A stretch of 61,108 bases of DNA, filler included, from 12 parts of 12 records of this genome joined end to end with filler, not necessarily neighbours in it, one strand, 5' to 3'. Shown: positions 22,801-34,766, counted from the first letter of the whole stretch. Made by a program: numbers and translations. Notes: generated by a model not told the origin, from the letters alone.

Positions 22801-25367
22801 TCTCAGTGCGTGATGCCACAGCCATAGTGACAGCTCCAAAAGGCTTCACGTGTTGTGACCTGGTCTCAATCAGGCTCAGAGAGATCCCAAGCTGGTCGGA
22901 CTCTCCAACCACAGTCGATTCCAGCAAAAACGTTGAGGCGTTGAAGATGAGCACACTCGCTGCCCCAGTGGCACCCACGGCCAACACTCCCGCCTTCAGG
23001 GCAACACTGGCGCCCAGTGCGTCCCCCGTTGTACCAGTGTGAGCAAACACCTCTTGCTGTGTTGAGGTGTCGACAACAATGACTTTCCCTTTGCCGTTCA
23101 TCTGCTGTGGTTGTCCAAGAGCGAGCAACCCTTCGTCCAACGCCATGGACTCTACACCATACATAGTAACGCATGGCCCTAAACAAGCTGGCTGCGTCGC
23201 AGAGGTCGGGGTCGGCTTGTAATGCACAGTTCCATCTTGCTGAAGAAAGTATGCGGCACCCCCGTTGGCGTCATCATCCAATGCCACCCGGTAGACAGCA
23301 CTTGCAGCAGTCTCCGTCCAGATTGTCTGCATTGTGCTAGTGTTGATGAGACTTACAACGCCGTCAGGGAAGCCGATGAGGACACGGTCGTCTTTGCTCT
23401 CAACAGCACACCAACCGCTTGCAGAGTGTTGCTGGCCACCAAGCCATCTATGCTCGACGCTCTGAGGCGTGAGCGTTGCCATCATGCGCCCATAGAAAAA
23501 CCCACGTGGGAAAACTTGAAGCGTCCCACCGGGCACACTCGAGTCGAGCAGAAAGGCAAAGTCAGCACTGTACGTCTCCACCATGGTAGGCGATTTCTGC
23601 CTGCAGCAGTGTGACTCCGTGCCAGCTAGCCCTGGAATGGTTACCGGCTGCCCGTAATGTGTCGTGCCGGACGAAGAAGAATTGCTGTCGTTGCTCTTGA
23701 ACAGCACAACCGTTCTCCACGACAGCGAGGCTATATCTGCAGGCTCATATGAATACGGCGCCAACCCAAAGTCGAATTCATCGTCGGCACTCGACGCTTG
23801 AAGCCTGCGACCCCCACCTGCGCTACCGTATGCTAGCGGAATTGTGACTTCTGCATGCACGTAGCTGTAAGCCTGTGGAACCTGCACAAGTGGTTTTGGC
23901 ATCAAGGACAACGTGTCCACGACAAAACCGTCGGTGGACTTTTCTGTTCGAAGTCCTGTGCAGGATGTCACCTCAAGCGTGATGTAGTAGCGATGGCCAT
24001 GCCGGAGCGTCACACTGTTGGAGCAGACGCTTGTGCCATTTTGAACCGGCTGGAAGCTTTGCACAACGCTTGCAAACGAGGCGCGGTTTTCGTCCTGGTC
24101 TCGGTGGCGCGATGTGTCCTCCATGACTGCAAAGCGTGACTTAGTATGGTCAGAATTGGTGCTCTCTTCGAATATCCACGACACACACACAGATGAGACA
24201 GCTGCTTGATGGTCGGTGTCTTGGTAATGGAGTCCATCAAAGACTTCGAAAGCTGGAGCTCGGTCATCCACGAACAGCTCTGACTGGGTGACCACCAGGG
24301 AGTTTGCGCCGTTCCACACTCTCAGCGTTAGCACGACTGTCGTACCGGCTTGCATGGTCAGTCCGTGAAGCACAGCGTGTCCGTTACCGACCGGCGAGAA
24401 AGAATAGACATCTTCCTCATGCGAGTGAGTACCGATCGCTACCTCCGTCCTTGCGATTCCAGACTCAGCATCTGTAGCTTGCCAGAAGAGCTGAACAGAG
24501 GTCAAGGCTGCCTGGCATGCGCAGGCTTTGCTGTTCTCACAAACCGCACCAAAGCCTTCGACAACAGGAGGAGTAGTGTCGAGCATAAAGGAATCACTGT
24601 ACACTGCACGTCTCGTGTCTGCGCCGTTAATAGCTACAACCCACGTGTAGACGCGACCACACTCAAGCCCTGGAAACCAGCACTCAGGTTCGCACTGCGT
24701 GGCGTTTGCAAGTAGATGGATCGTCGACGCGTCAGGAATGGATTGGTCAGGCCCGGTGCTGTTGCTTCTTGCCGCGGCCGATTGCTCGCTCACAGAGATG
24801 TCGCATGCTGTGTCATTCCACTGCATGTTGTATTGATGGGTCGCAAGACCGTGAATCACAGGAGCTTCTGTGCACCGCAACACATTGTCACGACCCGGCT
24901 CCGTGCCGGCGCAAACAAGGTAGCGGTCAACAGTGCTTTCAGAATCGTACAGCCCCGTCCAAACGATTTTCCAGTCATCCTGGCCGTTCAAAAAATCTAC
25001 ATCGATGAGACTGGAGGCCGCAGTTGTCTCAAGCACAACGCCATTCTGCGCCGGTGTCTTATCCATGGTCACTGGTGCACTAGTAACGGTAGTTGTCATG
25101 TTCACTGCATTGGTACTGTAAACTCGCACGGTATACTCTGCTCCATGCACCAAGCCCCATGCCATCGACGAAAAATTGGTTTGCATTCCCACCACCATCC
25201 GACGTGCCTGGCAGTCTGCATCGGGTAACTCGGGCTCACAAATAGCATATGAATATGTGACGGGTGGCGTCTCGGTATCTACAGAGGCTGACCAACTTGC
25301 CCTTGACAACGAGCTTGTTAGGTGGAAGTCGATATCAACTTGACCAGCAATTGGCGGCGTGCTCTCG
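19851..25367 (-). CDS. Large type-I membrane protein: FN3-like DxTPP/DxESG repeats, propeller-like region, two Ca-binding EGF repeats, TM; 5'-truncated; possible last intron 19983-20071
   Basis: 1758-aa ORF open to the contig edge. Repeats DKTP/DTTPP/DRTPP/DKSPP...W...DxESG; NVDDC...CRNGATCVD...YTCVC...WTG EGF; TM WALILTIIFSLIILVALALF. Confidence 0.85.
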
Positions 25368-25467
25368 NNNNNNNNNNNNNNNNNNNNNNNNNNNNNNNNN
25401 NNNNNNNNNNNTTAATTAATTAANNNNNNNNNNNNNNNNNNNNNNNNNNNNNNNNNNNNNNNNNNNN
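25368..25467. other. Artificial contig spacer
   Basis: 44 N + TTAATTAATTAA + 44 N. Confidence 0.99.
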
Positions 25468-25556
25468 TGTGTCTCTGTGTCTCTGTGTCTGTCTGTCTCT
25501 GTGTGTGGCTGTCTGTCTCTGTGCCTATGTGGCTGTGCGTCTCTGCCTATGTGTGC
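25468..25556. repeat. Degenerate CT/GT microsatellite, probably intronic
   Basis: (CTCTGTGT)-like run before the CAG acceptor at 25585. Confidence 0.75.
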
Positions 25557-25585
25557 ATGAATCTCAGCTTCCTTTGTCTGTGCAG

Positions 25586-28500
25586 GCGCTCTCGCTCGCG
25601 GAGAGCGTGCTGATGATCTCCGAGGCGGTGAAGCAGCTGCGCGCGGCGCAGCCGGATCGACTCGTCATCGTCGGTATCGGCGGGCCGACCGGGGCGGGGA
25701 AGACCACGCTGGCTCGGAAGGTGTGCTCGATGTTCAGCGGCTCGCGTGTGATCAGCATGCGCAACTACTTCCGCAAGAGCGCCGGCAGGCGGAAGCGGGG
25801 CCGCTCGCAGATCTACTGCGACCGCAACAGCAACCCAGCGTCGTTCGACATCCCGCTGCTGTGCCAGCACCTGCAGCAGCTGCAGCGGAACGAGTCGGTG
25901 GAGGCGCCCTCCTGGGAGTTCCAGGGCGGGCAGTACGGGCGGGAGACGCTCGTGCCGCCGCCGTCCGGGCTGCTGATTGTCGAAGGCGTGTGCGCGCTGG
26001 ACGCGGCCCTGCGGTCGCTCTACAGCCTGTCCGTGTTCGTGCTGGGCGGCTTGTACTTTGACCTGCTGCGACGCGTGCAGAGCGACATCGGCGACCATCG
26101 ATTCGACGCATCCGACGTGTTCCCAGGGATCAAGTCCTTCGTCGAAGCGTCCTGGAAGCACGCCCAGTTCCGTGTGCGCAACGAGGTGGACAGCTCCTTC
26201 GCGGAGCCCGAAAACCAGCTGTACATGCTCAAAGTGCCGCTGCCGAGCCGCGCGGCAGCACCGACAGCCGAGGCGATCGCCGCGCAGCTGGACTCCGAAG
26301 CGTGGACCGTGCAGGATGTGACGTACGTGGACTGGTTCATGCTTGCGCCCTCGGAGGACTCGTCTGGTGCCCCGGTGGACCTGAAATGCAGGCTTCTCGG
26401 CGGCAAGTGCTTCATTACGCCAGAGCGTTACTGGGCGGTCGAGCATCCATTTATCATCAGCCCGGAGTCCGGCGAGTTTGAGGTCGAGACAGCGACGGTA
26501 GCCGCGTTGAAGCGCCTTGGCTATCGAATAGCGATCAGCTACAAACAGCACACGGTAATCTTCTCTGACAGCGTGCGAGGAGTCAGCGTGTGTGTCGACG
26601 ATGTCGACAACGACGTGGGCGCATTCCTACGGATAAAGGCTCACAGCAAGGTGGCGGTGAAGCAGGCGGCTGAAGACTTGGGCCTGTGGGACATGGCCGC
26701 ATTTGAGACCCGCTCATACGCTCAGCTGTGCCTACTGACCTCCGGGCCCAGAGCATCAACCCCCGCTGGGGAAATACTGAACAGCTCCCTTGAAGGCAGC
26801 ATCCTCAGTGAGTCTAGCCGCGCTGTCTCCGTGCTCGAGCTCTTAGGGCTGAGCGACTTGCTGTCGGATGGCACGGCTGATGGGGGCGACGAGGAGGACG
26901 AAGAGGCAGATGGAGATGCAGGTGGCGATACTGCAGCAGGCTTGACAGTGGACATTGATGATGACGGTGACGTTCAGAGTGACGAAGAAAAGCGAGAAGC
27001 GCTCCAAGAAACACAAGCATTGATGACCACATCTCCCGATGGGGCTTCGGGCAAGAGCGATGCTGACAGCTCAGTAGTGTCGCTTTCGTTCGAAAAGGGT
27101 CTGTTCTCAGCAATCCGTAAGATTCAAATTCTGAAGGCGGCGCAGAGCGGCCAAGACCCGGCGCCAATTGTCATCTTGATTGGCGGCCCAGTAGGCTCCG
27201 GAAAATCGAGCTTGGCTGCCAGGCTTGCTGAGGTGTTCTCTGAGCCGGCTGAAATCCATGAGCTGCACAAGGGCAGCGCGGACCGCACACAGATAGCGGC
27301 CTCACAACCGTGCGATTTGCGGCTGGAGAGCTTCATTGATCCAGGAAGACTTCGTCAGGGTCACGACCAGGAATCAGACACAGTGTCAGTCGACGAGGAC
27401 GACTTGGGCGCGATTGATTTGGATCTGCTGAAAACGACACTCCAGACCGCGCGGAAAGAGGGCAACTTGCCACCAGCTCTACCGGTGTATAACTATCGAA
27501 CTCGCTCTAGGACTTTCGTGCGTAGCAAGTCGGTTCGCCCGTCCAAGATCATCTTCCTGACCGGGCCCCATTGTTTGCGAAAGGAGGTTGTGGACTGCTG
27601 CGAAGGGCTGCAGGTGGTGCGCGTCGGCATGGATGGCGGCCAGCAGACGCATCTAGTATCGCGCGTGCGCCACGAGCTGGAAGTCGCCGGAGTCGATCCT
27701 TCCAGACGTGGCGAAGAGACGATTCGTGATTTGATTCTGCCGTCAAACCATCTCTCCATCTCTGCCACTTTATCTAGCGCGGACGTCCTCATCCGCAACG
27801 ACTTCGACGAATTCTCCCCAATTCTCGACAATACGTCCTTGTACACCCTGTGAGTGTCCCTTCAAACATTTTTATGTTAGCAACTTGTTTGTGCGCTGCG
27901 GCGTTGCAAGCTAGCACGACCTAAAGCGACCTACGCGCCGTCTCGAAAACAGCAAGTCAACGAGTACTGTGAGCGCAGATATCGTCAAGGCGCGGCTCTT
28001 CGCTGGCGAAGCCGTGCGTCAGGGCCAGAACGAAACGGACTACCACCAAGATGAGCAAGACGACGACAGCACAGTGGAGCATTGGCGAGAGAAGACGCTC
28101 GATATTTACTTGTCTCCGCCCGGTAGACACGTCCAGCCAGGTAGCGCGTCGGCCGTCAGAATCAGGCAATTTAACGGCAAATTTCGCATGATGCTAAGAG
28201 ATTACATTGACGAGGGCAACTTCATCATCTGCCCGCAAGCCGAGCTGCGGGTCAGCTTGCGAGTACTGCGAGGCCTGCTGCGTGCGGGATTTACAGTTGC
28301 TGGGCTGCTAGAGATCCATTCGGAAGTGCTGAGGCACAAGACGAACGGCCTCACGGTGAGTATTGACACACTACCGCAATTGGGTGCCCGCATGATGCAA
28401 ATGATGCACTGCGACAAGGCTGCCGTGGAACGAGCAGCAGAACAACTGCATTGCAGCCCCCATAGCTTCGTGCGAGAGGGCTATGACTCGTTTGCGATGT

Positions 28501-29003
28501 CGAATTGGAAGCCTGGTGTGCATCGTGCAGCTCGGACTAGCTGGGCGAGCTCAGGCGCGGGGACGGCGCTCGATCGGCTGCTGTCAGATGCGCTCGTCCC
28601 ACTGGCGCGGCGGTGCGAAAGAGTCGAGCGGGGTTGCATTTCACCACCCGTCGAGGTTGAACAAGAATCGGCTCCTACCATTTCTGCTGCTACCAACCCT
28701 GCCGGGCAAGCGCAGGCTGCTGCAACGGGTGATGATCCGTCTGGCTGTGCAGCGGCAAAAGCAGGATCGGAAGTATCACCTGAGGACTCGTGCGCGCTTA
28801 CAGCAGTCGAGCAGCAGCTGTTGGCGATGGAGCAGGAACTGAAGGAAGCGAAGGAGAGGAGCGCTCGTGCCCGGATAGAGGCTGATGGGTGGCGTGTCTC
28901 GGCCACACGGTGGCGCGCGGTTGTCACGGTCGCGCTTTCAGTAACAGCCGTTGTGGCACTAGCCCTGTTCTCGCGACGCCGACTACTTCCTCGCAGGGTT
29001 TAG
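25586..29003 (+). CDS. Tandem uridine-kinase-like/CYTH (TTM-like) protein with coiled coil and C-terminal tail anchor; 5'-truncated; intron 27850-27952
   Basis: Two Walker A motifs (GPTGAGKT, GPVGSGKS); LIVEGVCAL; spliced LYTLKS; DIYLSPP; C-terminal VVTVALSVTAVVALALFSRRR. Confidence 0.85.
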
Positions 29004-29517
29004 GCAGATCGGTTGAGATCCCGTAGACGAGGAAAGAGACGCAGCGCACGAATCGAGCGAAGCGCAAGCAGTGCCTATGAAAAGAATATTGACTGACCTG
29101 GTCAGAGTATACTTTCCTGTTCATGAAACAATGATCTAAAGCGTTCGATTCACGCTTTCTTCCGGCCAGTGCCACCAGCTCGGCCCTGTCCCTTCTTTGT
29201 CTTGCGTACGACGTCATGACAAAGCGCCGGTGGTTTCTCCTCCGATCACTCAGTCTTCGCAGTCTGACTCGTCCAGCGGGTTCAACTATTAACAGTTGTC
29301 GCCCCCCAGATATATCGGGATTTCTACACAAGTAGTGCCATGATGTAAAGTGACAATGGCATGTAGATGAGTAGAACATAATTTTGGAGCATTGAGGGTC
29401 CAGTCGACGTCTCAGCAGCAGCAGCTTACAATCCTCACTGTGGGCCCATATACCTCGAGGTTATTCGAGCATCACTACCTGTTCGTGGAACATTCAATGG
29501 AGCCCTGTGGGACATCA

Positions 29518-30842
29518 TCATCGCTTGAACGACGTTTTGATGACCTTCGTGGCCATTGCAACTCCTTTTATCTTAGGATTCTCTGCCACAACAAAAGCAA
29601 CTGAATCTGTTTCGTACACGTCGTGGAAAAAATGATCGCCGGGGAACCAGATGTAGCCTGGCTGTTGGCTCCCTCGTTCCAAGCCCAATTCATCCACTTC
29701 TTGCTGAAGGGAATGGGGATCATCGGCAACAATCCAGCCCTTGTAGCCTCTCGTTGTGTCGTCGCGTTGGACAACGCGGCCTCGCTGGGCTCGTGACCAA
29801 TATCCCTTTTCCATAGCAACGTGTTCGCCAGCGAAACTATGAATAGTAGCTGTACCAGCTTTGCTGTGGTATCCCTCTTCCCATTTGCCGTGCCAAAATT
29901 GACAATTGTCGCCCTTCAAACATGAACACTCACCTTTTCCCTTTTCACAACGTTTGATTACCCCTTGCACAGCCCATTTGCCTTGTGCTGGCGTACAGCG
30001 AACTTTCTTCCATTGATCGGATGTAGAATACTCACCGCCTTCGACCTTTATGACGTGTACTTTCTTGCTCAATGGATGGCCCTTGACACCACACTTCCCT
30101 GCGATTGGTAGCTGCCCGGTCTTTTTAAATTTGTGTACCCAGGTTTTTCCGAGCCAGCATTCAGAACAAAACCATGCTTCTTCGCACGTAGAGATACAGT
30201 AGCCGGGTCGCTTCGACAACTTCGGATCATTGCCGGTGACTGCTGTTGATGGTGTCTTCTTGCTACTACTAACTCCCTTTGCCCATTCTTCGTCCTTGAA
30301 GGTGGGCAATGAAGCTGCCATGGTACCGAGCATTGAGTCCCAGCTGGTGCAGTCTTGAAACGCGTTAGCCGGTGTGGCATCGAAGCTCACCGTCTTCAGT
30401 CTCTTCAGTATATATGCTAGAACAGACGGCTCCTCAATCTGCCCAATGACTCTCAAGCCCGAATCCATATTCACCACTTCAATCGCGGCCTTCGCCATCT
30501 TAAAATTCACTTGATCTTTTCGGGCCATTGCTTTCGATTTAAACACTGCCGCAAACGGCTGTATTGTGCTAGCGGCCAGATTCAGTTCACTAAACGCTCC
30601 CTTGGGTCCTTTCAACAGCGTGTACGCTTCGGTAGCCTTCGGTGGTTGCCCGTTAAGTCGTTTCTGGTACCCACCGACGTGGATGCCAGTGCACCCATGG
30701 TATTCGACAAGCTCAGTCCAATGATTCATCGCCTTCTGCGAGTCGTGGCAGTCGCTTTTTAGTCCAACAAAGTAGTAGTAGTAAGCCTCAGTGTCTCGTT
30801 CTACATGTTGGCCTGGCTCGGGCTCTGGCTCTGGCTCTGGCT
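29518..30842 (-). CDS. Hypothetical protein with Cys/His clusters (CCCH-like) and a C-terminal cold-shock/OB-like segment; 5'-truncated
   Basis: Frame open to the edge (PEPEPEPEPGQHVERD...). CSCLKGDNCQFWH; RGRVV...YKGWI...YIWF...DSVAFVV...ATKV. Confidence 0.65.
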
Positions 30843-30942
30843 NNNNNNNNNNNNNNNNNNNNNNNNNNNNNNNNNNNNNNNNNNNNTTAATTAATTAANN
30901 NNNNNNNNNNNNNNNNNNNNNNNNNNNNNNNNNNNNNNNNNN
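30843..30942. other. Artificial contig spacer
   Basis: 44 N + TTAATTAATTAA + 44 N. Confidence 0.99.
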
Positions 30943-30943
30943 G

Positions 30944-31759
30944 ATGGACCAGACTGTTGTGAAGCAGCTTGCAGATAGCGTGGAACAGCGCTGCGGATCC
31001 TTAAGTGCGTCGCTGTCTGTGCTCGAGCGCAAGACGATTGTTGACATATCGAATTCCATTGCTGATATGCGCGTTGACCTGAACTCCAAGGTCGAACATG
31101 TTGCCACCACGGTAGTAGACTCGGAGTCGCGCTTGACTGATGCTATCACAGACCAATGCACTGGTCTTCACAAGCGTCACCAGCATGACATGAAGATTGC
31201 GGTTGAGAAGCTCACTGCGTCCACTGAGGCAGTTGAGCAAAGGGTCGGCGAGGTGGAGGACCATGTGACGACGATCATGGACGAGCACATTGGATCCATG
31301 GACCGCCGTATTTACGAGCTTGACGCCCAGATGTTGAACACTATCGAAAGCAAACTCGAGCCTTTGAGCGACGCGTTTGCTGCAGAGAAACAGGCGACGC
31401 ATTCAAAATTGCGCCAGCTGCATGCGCGCATGATTGCCAGCGAAGTTACTAAGGCGACGCTGAGATTAGCGTGTGAAACTGCGGTGGGTGACCTTCACGT
31501 TAAAGTCTCTGACTTCGGCGATGGCATTCTGGAAGTCGAGGATAGAATTGGATCGCTTGAATCTGACGATCACGGTACAGCGTCCGCTCCGTGGCCTGTG
31601 GAAGTTTTGTCCGATCAGCTTGCCGCATCGGAAGGGCAGGTCGCCCGCTTTGGCGCAGAACTGGCTGTACTTGGTCGGCGTGTCAGCGAGCTAGAGCACG
31701 TTGCAACCGACGGTGAGACTGCGGCTGCGTGGGGACATGCGGCCACCGCGTCACAGTAG
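30944..31759 (+). CDS. 3' fragment of a coiled-coil protein
   Basis: 271-aa heptad-like ORF from the contig edge. Confidence 0.7.
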   Translation: MDQTVVKQLADSVEQRCGSLSASLSVLERKTIVDISNSIADMRVDLNSKVEHVATTVVDSESRLTDAITDQCTGLHKRHQHDMKIAVEKLTASTEAVEQRVGEVEDHVTTIMDEHIGSMDRRIYELDAQMLNTIESKLEPLSDAFAAEKQATHSKLRQLHARMIASEVTKATLRLACETAVGDLHVKVSDFGDGILEVEDRIGSLESDDHGTASAPWPVEVLSDQLAASEGQVARFGAELAVLGRRVSELEHVATDGETAAAWGHAATASQ

Positions 31760-31855
31760 TGCGCGCGTGGGCAGTTTACGCAAACGCTCAGCGATTTATA
31801 TTATATGACCGATCTTAACGAGCCGATCTTATCTTGTCGATTTTATCTCGCCAAA

Positions 31856-33811
31856 CTATTCCATTCCAGCTAGGCTGCCCGCAAGCAACTTGATGTACTC
31901 GTCCTGGGTCTGAATTCTAGATTTCAGCTGGCTGATTTCATCCTGGCGAGCAGCCTCACGTTGTGCCGCAGATAGTGGATCGACGTAGGCGGTTCCCTCG
32001 TCGTCGATGGTGAAATCGCAAATATCAGTCACTGTCAGACCGCTGTCAATGGCAGCCTTCTCGAGTATGCGCACTGCTGTGTTTTCACCGTCGGCATCGC
32101 CGTACCAGTGTGCATCTTGTTGAAAATTCTGGCGCGTGAGCTCATACACATCGGTGTTGTCTATGCATATCACCGTGTACGCATTCCTTCCTTCACGGAA
32201 CAGGGCCTTCGCGTTGATAAGGCATCCGTCACCGATCTTCGTGATTTCCTGGCCGTCCACGATAACACTTACATCTCCCTTGCTCAGCATGTACATTGCC
32301 GTGGAGTCCTCCCCTTGCTTAATAATCGCGTCCCCTGGCGCGTACGGCGTCGAAACGATTTGTGTTGCAATAGCACCCAGGAAGCGTGAAGAGCTCGGGT
32401 TGTCCGGCTGTGATGTGTGTTTCCTCAAGAACGGCACAGCGGCCAGTTGCTTCCGGAGGGTAAACCGCCGAATCTGTCGTCGGAGCGACTCTGACATATC
32501 CAAAATGATTGAGCTCTCGTTTACGTGGCATGCTTGGGAAGCATCAATTTTGAAGAAGAAGAACTCCATCAGCCTCTTCTTCGTGAGCTTCTCGACACCC
32601 AGGAAGTTACACACGTCAGTCAATTCGTCCATGCGACCCTTGTTGTACACAGAACTGGGATTCAGGTTGTGCACAACAGTGCACATGTTGGTAATTGCAT
32701 AGGCGAAGATAGAAGCGCCGACGAGCATTGTAACTGTACAGAAGATCCGCTCGTCATTGTTGGCTGGCAGAATATCTCCGTAGCCAATTGTCGTCATCGT
32801 CACGAGAGCATAGTAAATCGATGCAGTATACTGTCCCATGTCCGAACAGTCGATGCACTCGTCCAGACACGCATCTCCCTTGATCTGGGTATCATCGCCA
32901 TCTCCCCTGTTCGTGCCGGGATTGTCCAGAGCAAAAACTGGGCCATTCGCACGCGCAGTGTATCCGCACAGCATCTCACAGTTCTTCACCCGACACACGT
33001 CCAGCGAACATCCATCGTTGACATTGTCCTTGTCGGCCCAGACGCAGTAATTCAGTGCCCAGTTGAATTCCTTGACAGTCTTGGACTGGTTAAAGAACAA
33101 GCAGGCGATGAAGTGCGACGCCATAACGGTGACCAGGGCAAACTTCATGCTGATCATCACGCCGTTTTTGATACTCATTGCATCTTGAAACTTTTTCAGC
33201 AAACGCTTGATGCGGACCATACGCAGGATTTTGACCATCCGGAAAACACGGATGAGTTTTAGAATTCGCGCAGCATCAGGGTTGTTCAGGTCGAAAAAGA
33301 GCGCGAGCACCAAGTTGAACGGGAAAGACGAGAAGAAATCAAGCACAAACCATCCCTTGAAGTACTGTTTGGCAAGTACACCCGGGGCAACTATCAGCTT
33401 GCTGTCGAGCATGATCGCCTTGCGGAACGTAAGCATACAGTCAAACATGAAGATCGAGTCGACTGCATAGTCAATCACCACCTCAGCTCCCTCTGCCTCG
33501 AGGCCAAAGCCGAGTCTGTATGGAATGGTGACGCAGGAGTACACGATGAGTATCATGGAAAATACGTCCCATATCCCAGTGAACCGACATTCTGGGTGGA
33601 TGATCCAGCTCGCTGAGCCCGCCTCCCTAAGTGCTACCCACTCTTTCTCCTGTTGCTCTTCCACTTGAGGCCAGAAGAGCAGGTCACCGATCCCCCGCTG
33701 ATCCCACGCGCCGTCTGATTGCACAGCATCTGCTGCCTGCGACTGCCGCTGCGGCGACTTCTTCTCGTCGTCTGCCACTGTGTTCAGAGGGTTGTCCACG
33801 AAGGCAGACAT
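31856..33811 (-). CDS. Voltage-gated K+ channel of the CNBD (KCNH/HCN/CNG-like) superfamily
   Basis: WIIHP; YFKGWFVLDFFSSFP; S4 RILKLIRVFRMVKILRMVR; pore TMTTIGYGD; C-linker; PGDAIIKQGE...MYMLSKGDV. Confidence 0.92.
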   Translation of the reverse strand: MSAFVDNPLNTVADDEKKSPQRQSQAADAVQSDGAWDQRGIGDLLFWPQVEEQQEKEWVALREAGSASWIIHPECRFTGIWDVFSMILIVYSCVTIPYRLGFGLEAEGAEVVIDYAVDSIFMFDCMLTFRKAIMLDSKLIVAPGVLAKQYFKGWFVLDFFSSFPFNLVLALFFDLNNPDAARILKLIRVFRMVKILRMVRIKRLLKKFQDAMSIKNGVMISMKFALVTVMASHFIACLFFNQSKTVKEFNWALNYCVWADKDNVNDGCSLDVCRVKNCEMLCGYTARANGPVFALDNPGTNRGDGDDTQIKGDACLDECIDCSDMGQYTASIYYALVTMTTIGYGDILPANNDERIFCTVTMLVGASIFAYAITNMCTVVHNLNPSSVYNKGRMDELTDVCNFLGVEKLTKKRLMEFFFFKIDASQACHVNESSIILDMSESLRRQIRRFTLRKQLAAVPFLRKHTSQPDNPSSSRFLGAIATQIVSTPYAPGDAIIKQGEDSTAMYMLSKGDVSVIVDGQEITKIGDGCLINAKALFREGRNAYTVICIDNTDVYELTRQNFQQDAHWYGDADGENTAVRILEKAAIDSGLTVTDICDFTIDDEGTAYVDPLSAAQREAARQDEISQLKSRIQTQDEYIKLLAGSLAGME

Positions 33812-34099
33812 CGCTGCGCGGAGTGGGTCACAGCAGCACGGCTCACCTGAGGCTCAAGGTTGGATTATTGTAGTCTCTCACAACGTCGTTTGGTACATCC
33901 AGCAGAACACGTAGCTCCGCCAACCCGAGCCAAACCGTCCCGGCCGTCACCAAGTGGGTGCCAGCCCACGGTGTTCGCACTCTGATGTGTTGGCAAATCA
34001 ACACTGCAGCTGTGGCGTCGGAGTCTCAGGTCAGGGGTATCAGGTTCATGTGCTTTTGTTCGAGGAGTTTGTATGATGCTGTGAAGTCGAAGTCCTACG

Positions 34100-34760
34100 A
34101 AAAAATGCACTACACAAGTACCAGTATAATACTACACTCTACAGCACCTGTATAGTACATCGTGTGCTACAGCTGTATGCAATTGTCGATAGAGCACATG
34201 TACCACCAGCACAGTACTAGTACTAGTACAGCATTCGCGTACTATAATAGCTAGCTATTATAGCTAGCATAGTATGGCTCTACTTTATAGGACACCCAGA
34301 ACAGTACTCAAGTGTCAACTATGAATACATGTACATGAGCACAGGGAATGGTCTGGTAGGTACTATACTAGTACTATTGACAGCAGTACTTGAGTACTAG
34401 TACAGTAGATCATGAATAGTACCAGTACTGAAGTACTAGATCTAGTACAGAATATTCGACTACAGTCGTAGAGATGCACCTCTATATAGTACTGTACATT
34501 GCTGATTCGAAGTACAATTGTAGCTAGCTAGAGTACTGGTATGGCAACACATCGTAATATAATGATTGTAATACTAGTATGATAGTATGATACTTGATAG
34601 GGCTAGCTAGTACTCTGAGTACCATAATAGTAGTAGTACCATTCATATGGATTGTACCGGCTCTGTACTACTCAGATTCATCATAGTATATTCATTGTAT
34701 GATTATAGTACCTGAGGTACTAGTACAGTACTGTACGTGCATGCTTACTCTAGCTAGCAG
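34100..34760. repeat. TpA-rich non-coding tract of nested short palindromes (AGTACT, CTAG, TAGCTA, TACATGTA, TACAGCTGTA)
   Basis: No ORF; sharp compositional contrast with the GC-rich genes. Confidence 0.8.
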
Positions 34761-34766
34761 TCATTC

